The position numbers and the translations under genes are program-made. From Squalus acanthias (lineage: Eukaryota), in assembly GCA_030390025.1 (NCBI GenBank), contig JASTWF010000121.1, forward strand, positions 62,001 to 126,000: DNA of 64,000 nt, given 5' to 3'. The first letter of the stretch is position 1. Every line of letters starts with the position of its first letter. Below the pieces are notes generated by a model. The model was given only the letters and a program-made list of their open reading frames with translations. It did no database searches and was not told the DNA's origin. Shown in pieces: positions 63,215 through 64,000 of this stretch.

Positions 63215-63365
63215 AAGAATCATCCGACAATCATTCCTGGATGTCCGATCTTACTTTTATTAGCATGGGCACAATTCTGGGCTTCGTTGTCTTATTCTGC
63301 ATTGTTCTGGGGTCATTGTTCCTCGTAAAACAAAGGATGCGCTTGGCAAAGAGCTCAACACAAGG
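63215..63365 (+). CDS. Stalk/transmembrane exon of VJ receptor gene B
   Basis: TTTTACAG| acceptor in phase with the VJ exon. It encodes EESSDNHSWMSD-LTFISMGTILGFVVLFCIVLGSLFLV-KQRMRLAKSSTQG, then a GG|GTAAAT donor. Confidence 0.85.
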
Positions 63366-64000
63366 GTAAATACAATTCCATCTCGTGTCTGATACTGTTG
63401 CAGCACAGAGTCATTATTTGATAATTCGCTGATTTTGATGAGCAAACATACTTCCATTGGACTGCACAGTCCCATTGCAAGTCGTGTGATCTGCTACTGT
63501 TGAGACCATCGCATGTCCAGATGCCCAACTGCTGTCCGTTATCTCCAACTCCGTCATGGCATCGCCCTTACCCCAGCACCGGCCCAGAGACAGCCGCTAG
63601 TTAGAGTCCAATGGGTGAAGCACTGAACATCACCCTGCAGGACCCCCTGTAGGAGCCGGCTCATTTCCCACCTACCCCACCTGACCAGCTATCTCCGAGT
63701 GTCGGTCTAGTGCCCGCGGCTCACTGGCCGCACGGCGCCTCATGGTGACAAGAACAAGCGCTCGGCTCAACCAGTCCGTGTTGGCATTTACCCTCCACAC
63801 CAACTAATAGTCTGAATCACATTTACCCGCCCTGTTCCCATCTCCCTTCATCCCCTTTTCCTTCATCCCCCTCTCCAATCTAATCTCCAATGTTGACAGT
63901 TTCTGCCTCAAGCACTAACCCTGGGGGTGAATCCCACAGCCTCACAATACTCTGTGTGAACAGATTTCACCAGCCCGCCGCTCTAAATCTCTGACATTTA

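Overview
Eukaryotic, repeat-dominated DNA, almost certainly from an elasmobranch (shark/ray). It carries an HE1 V-SINE, Deu-domain SINEs, many CR1, L2 and RTE LINEs, Penelope remnants, PIF/Harbinger elements and MITEs, and two 1.6-kb solo LTRs. Most long ORFs in the track are transposon fragments or tandem-repeat artefacts. Between the repeats lies an immunoglobulin-superfamily receptor cluster on the + strand with three parts. (1) A non-rearranging receptor gene: a 348-nt exon with V and J joined in the germline (60916-61263, six N-glycan sequons, very short fixed CDR3, no RSS) splices in frame to a transmembrane exon (63215-63365). Its probable leader exon is split by a CR1 insertion. (2) A paralogous 348-nt VJ exon (37847-38194) with a stop codon right after YYC. 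(3) An intact leader exon behind an ETS-rich promoter (11065-11116), followed by a decayed short V segment resembling VNAR that ends at a 23-bp-spacer RSS-like signal, with weaker candidate D/J and C1 relics downstream. Family names come from motif recognition only; no database search was run, and transposon boundaries are approximate unless a TSD is quoted.
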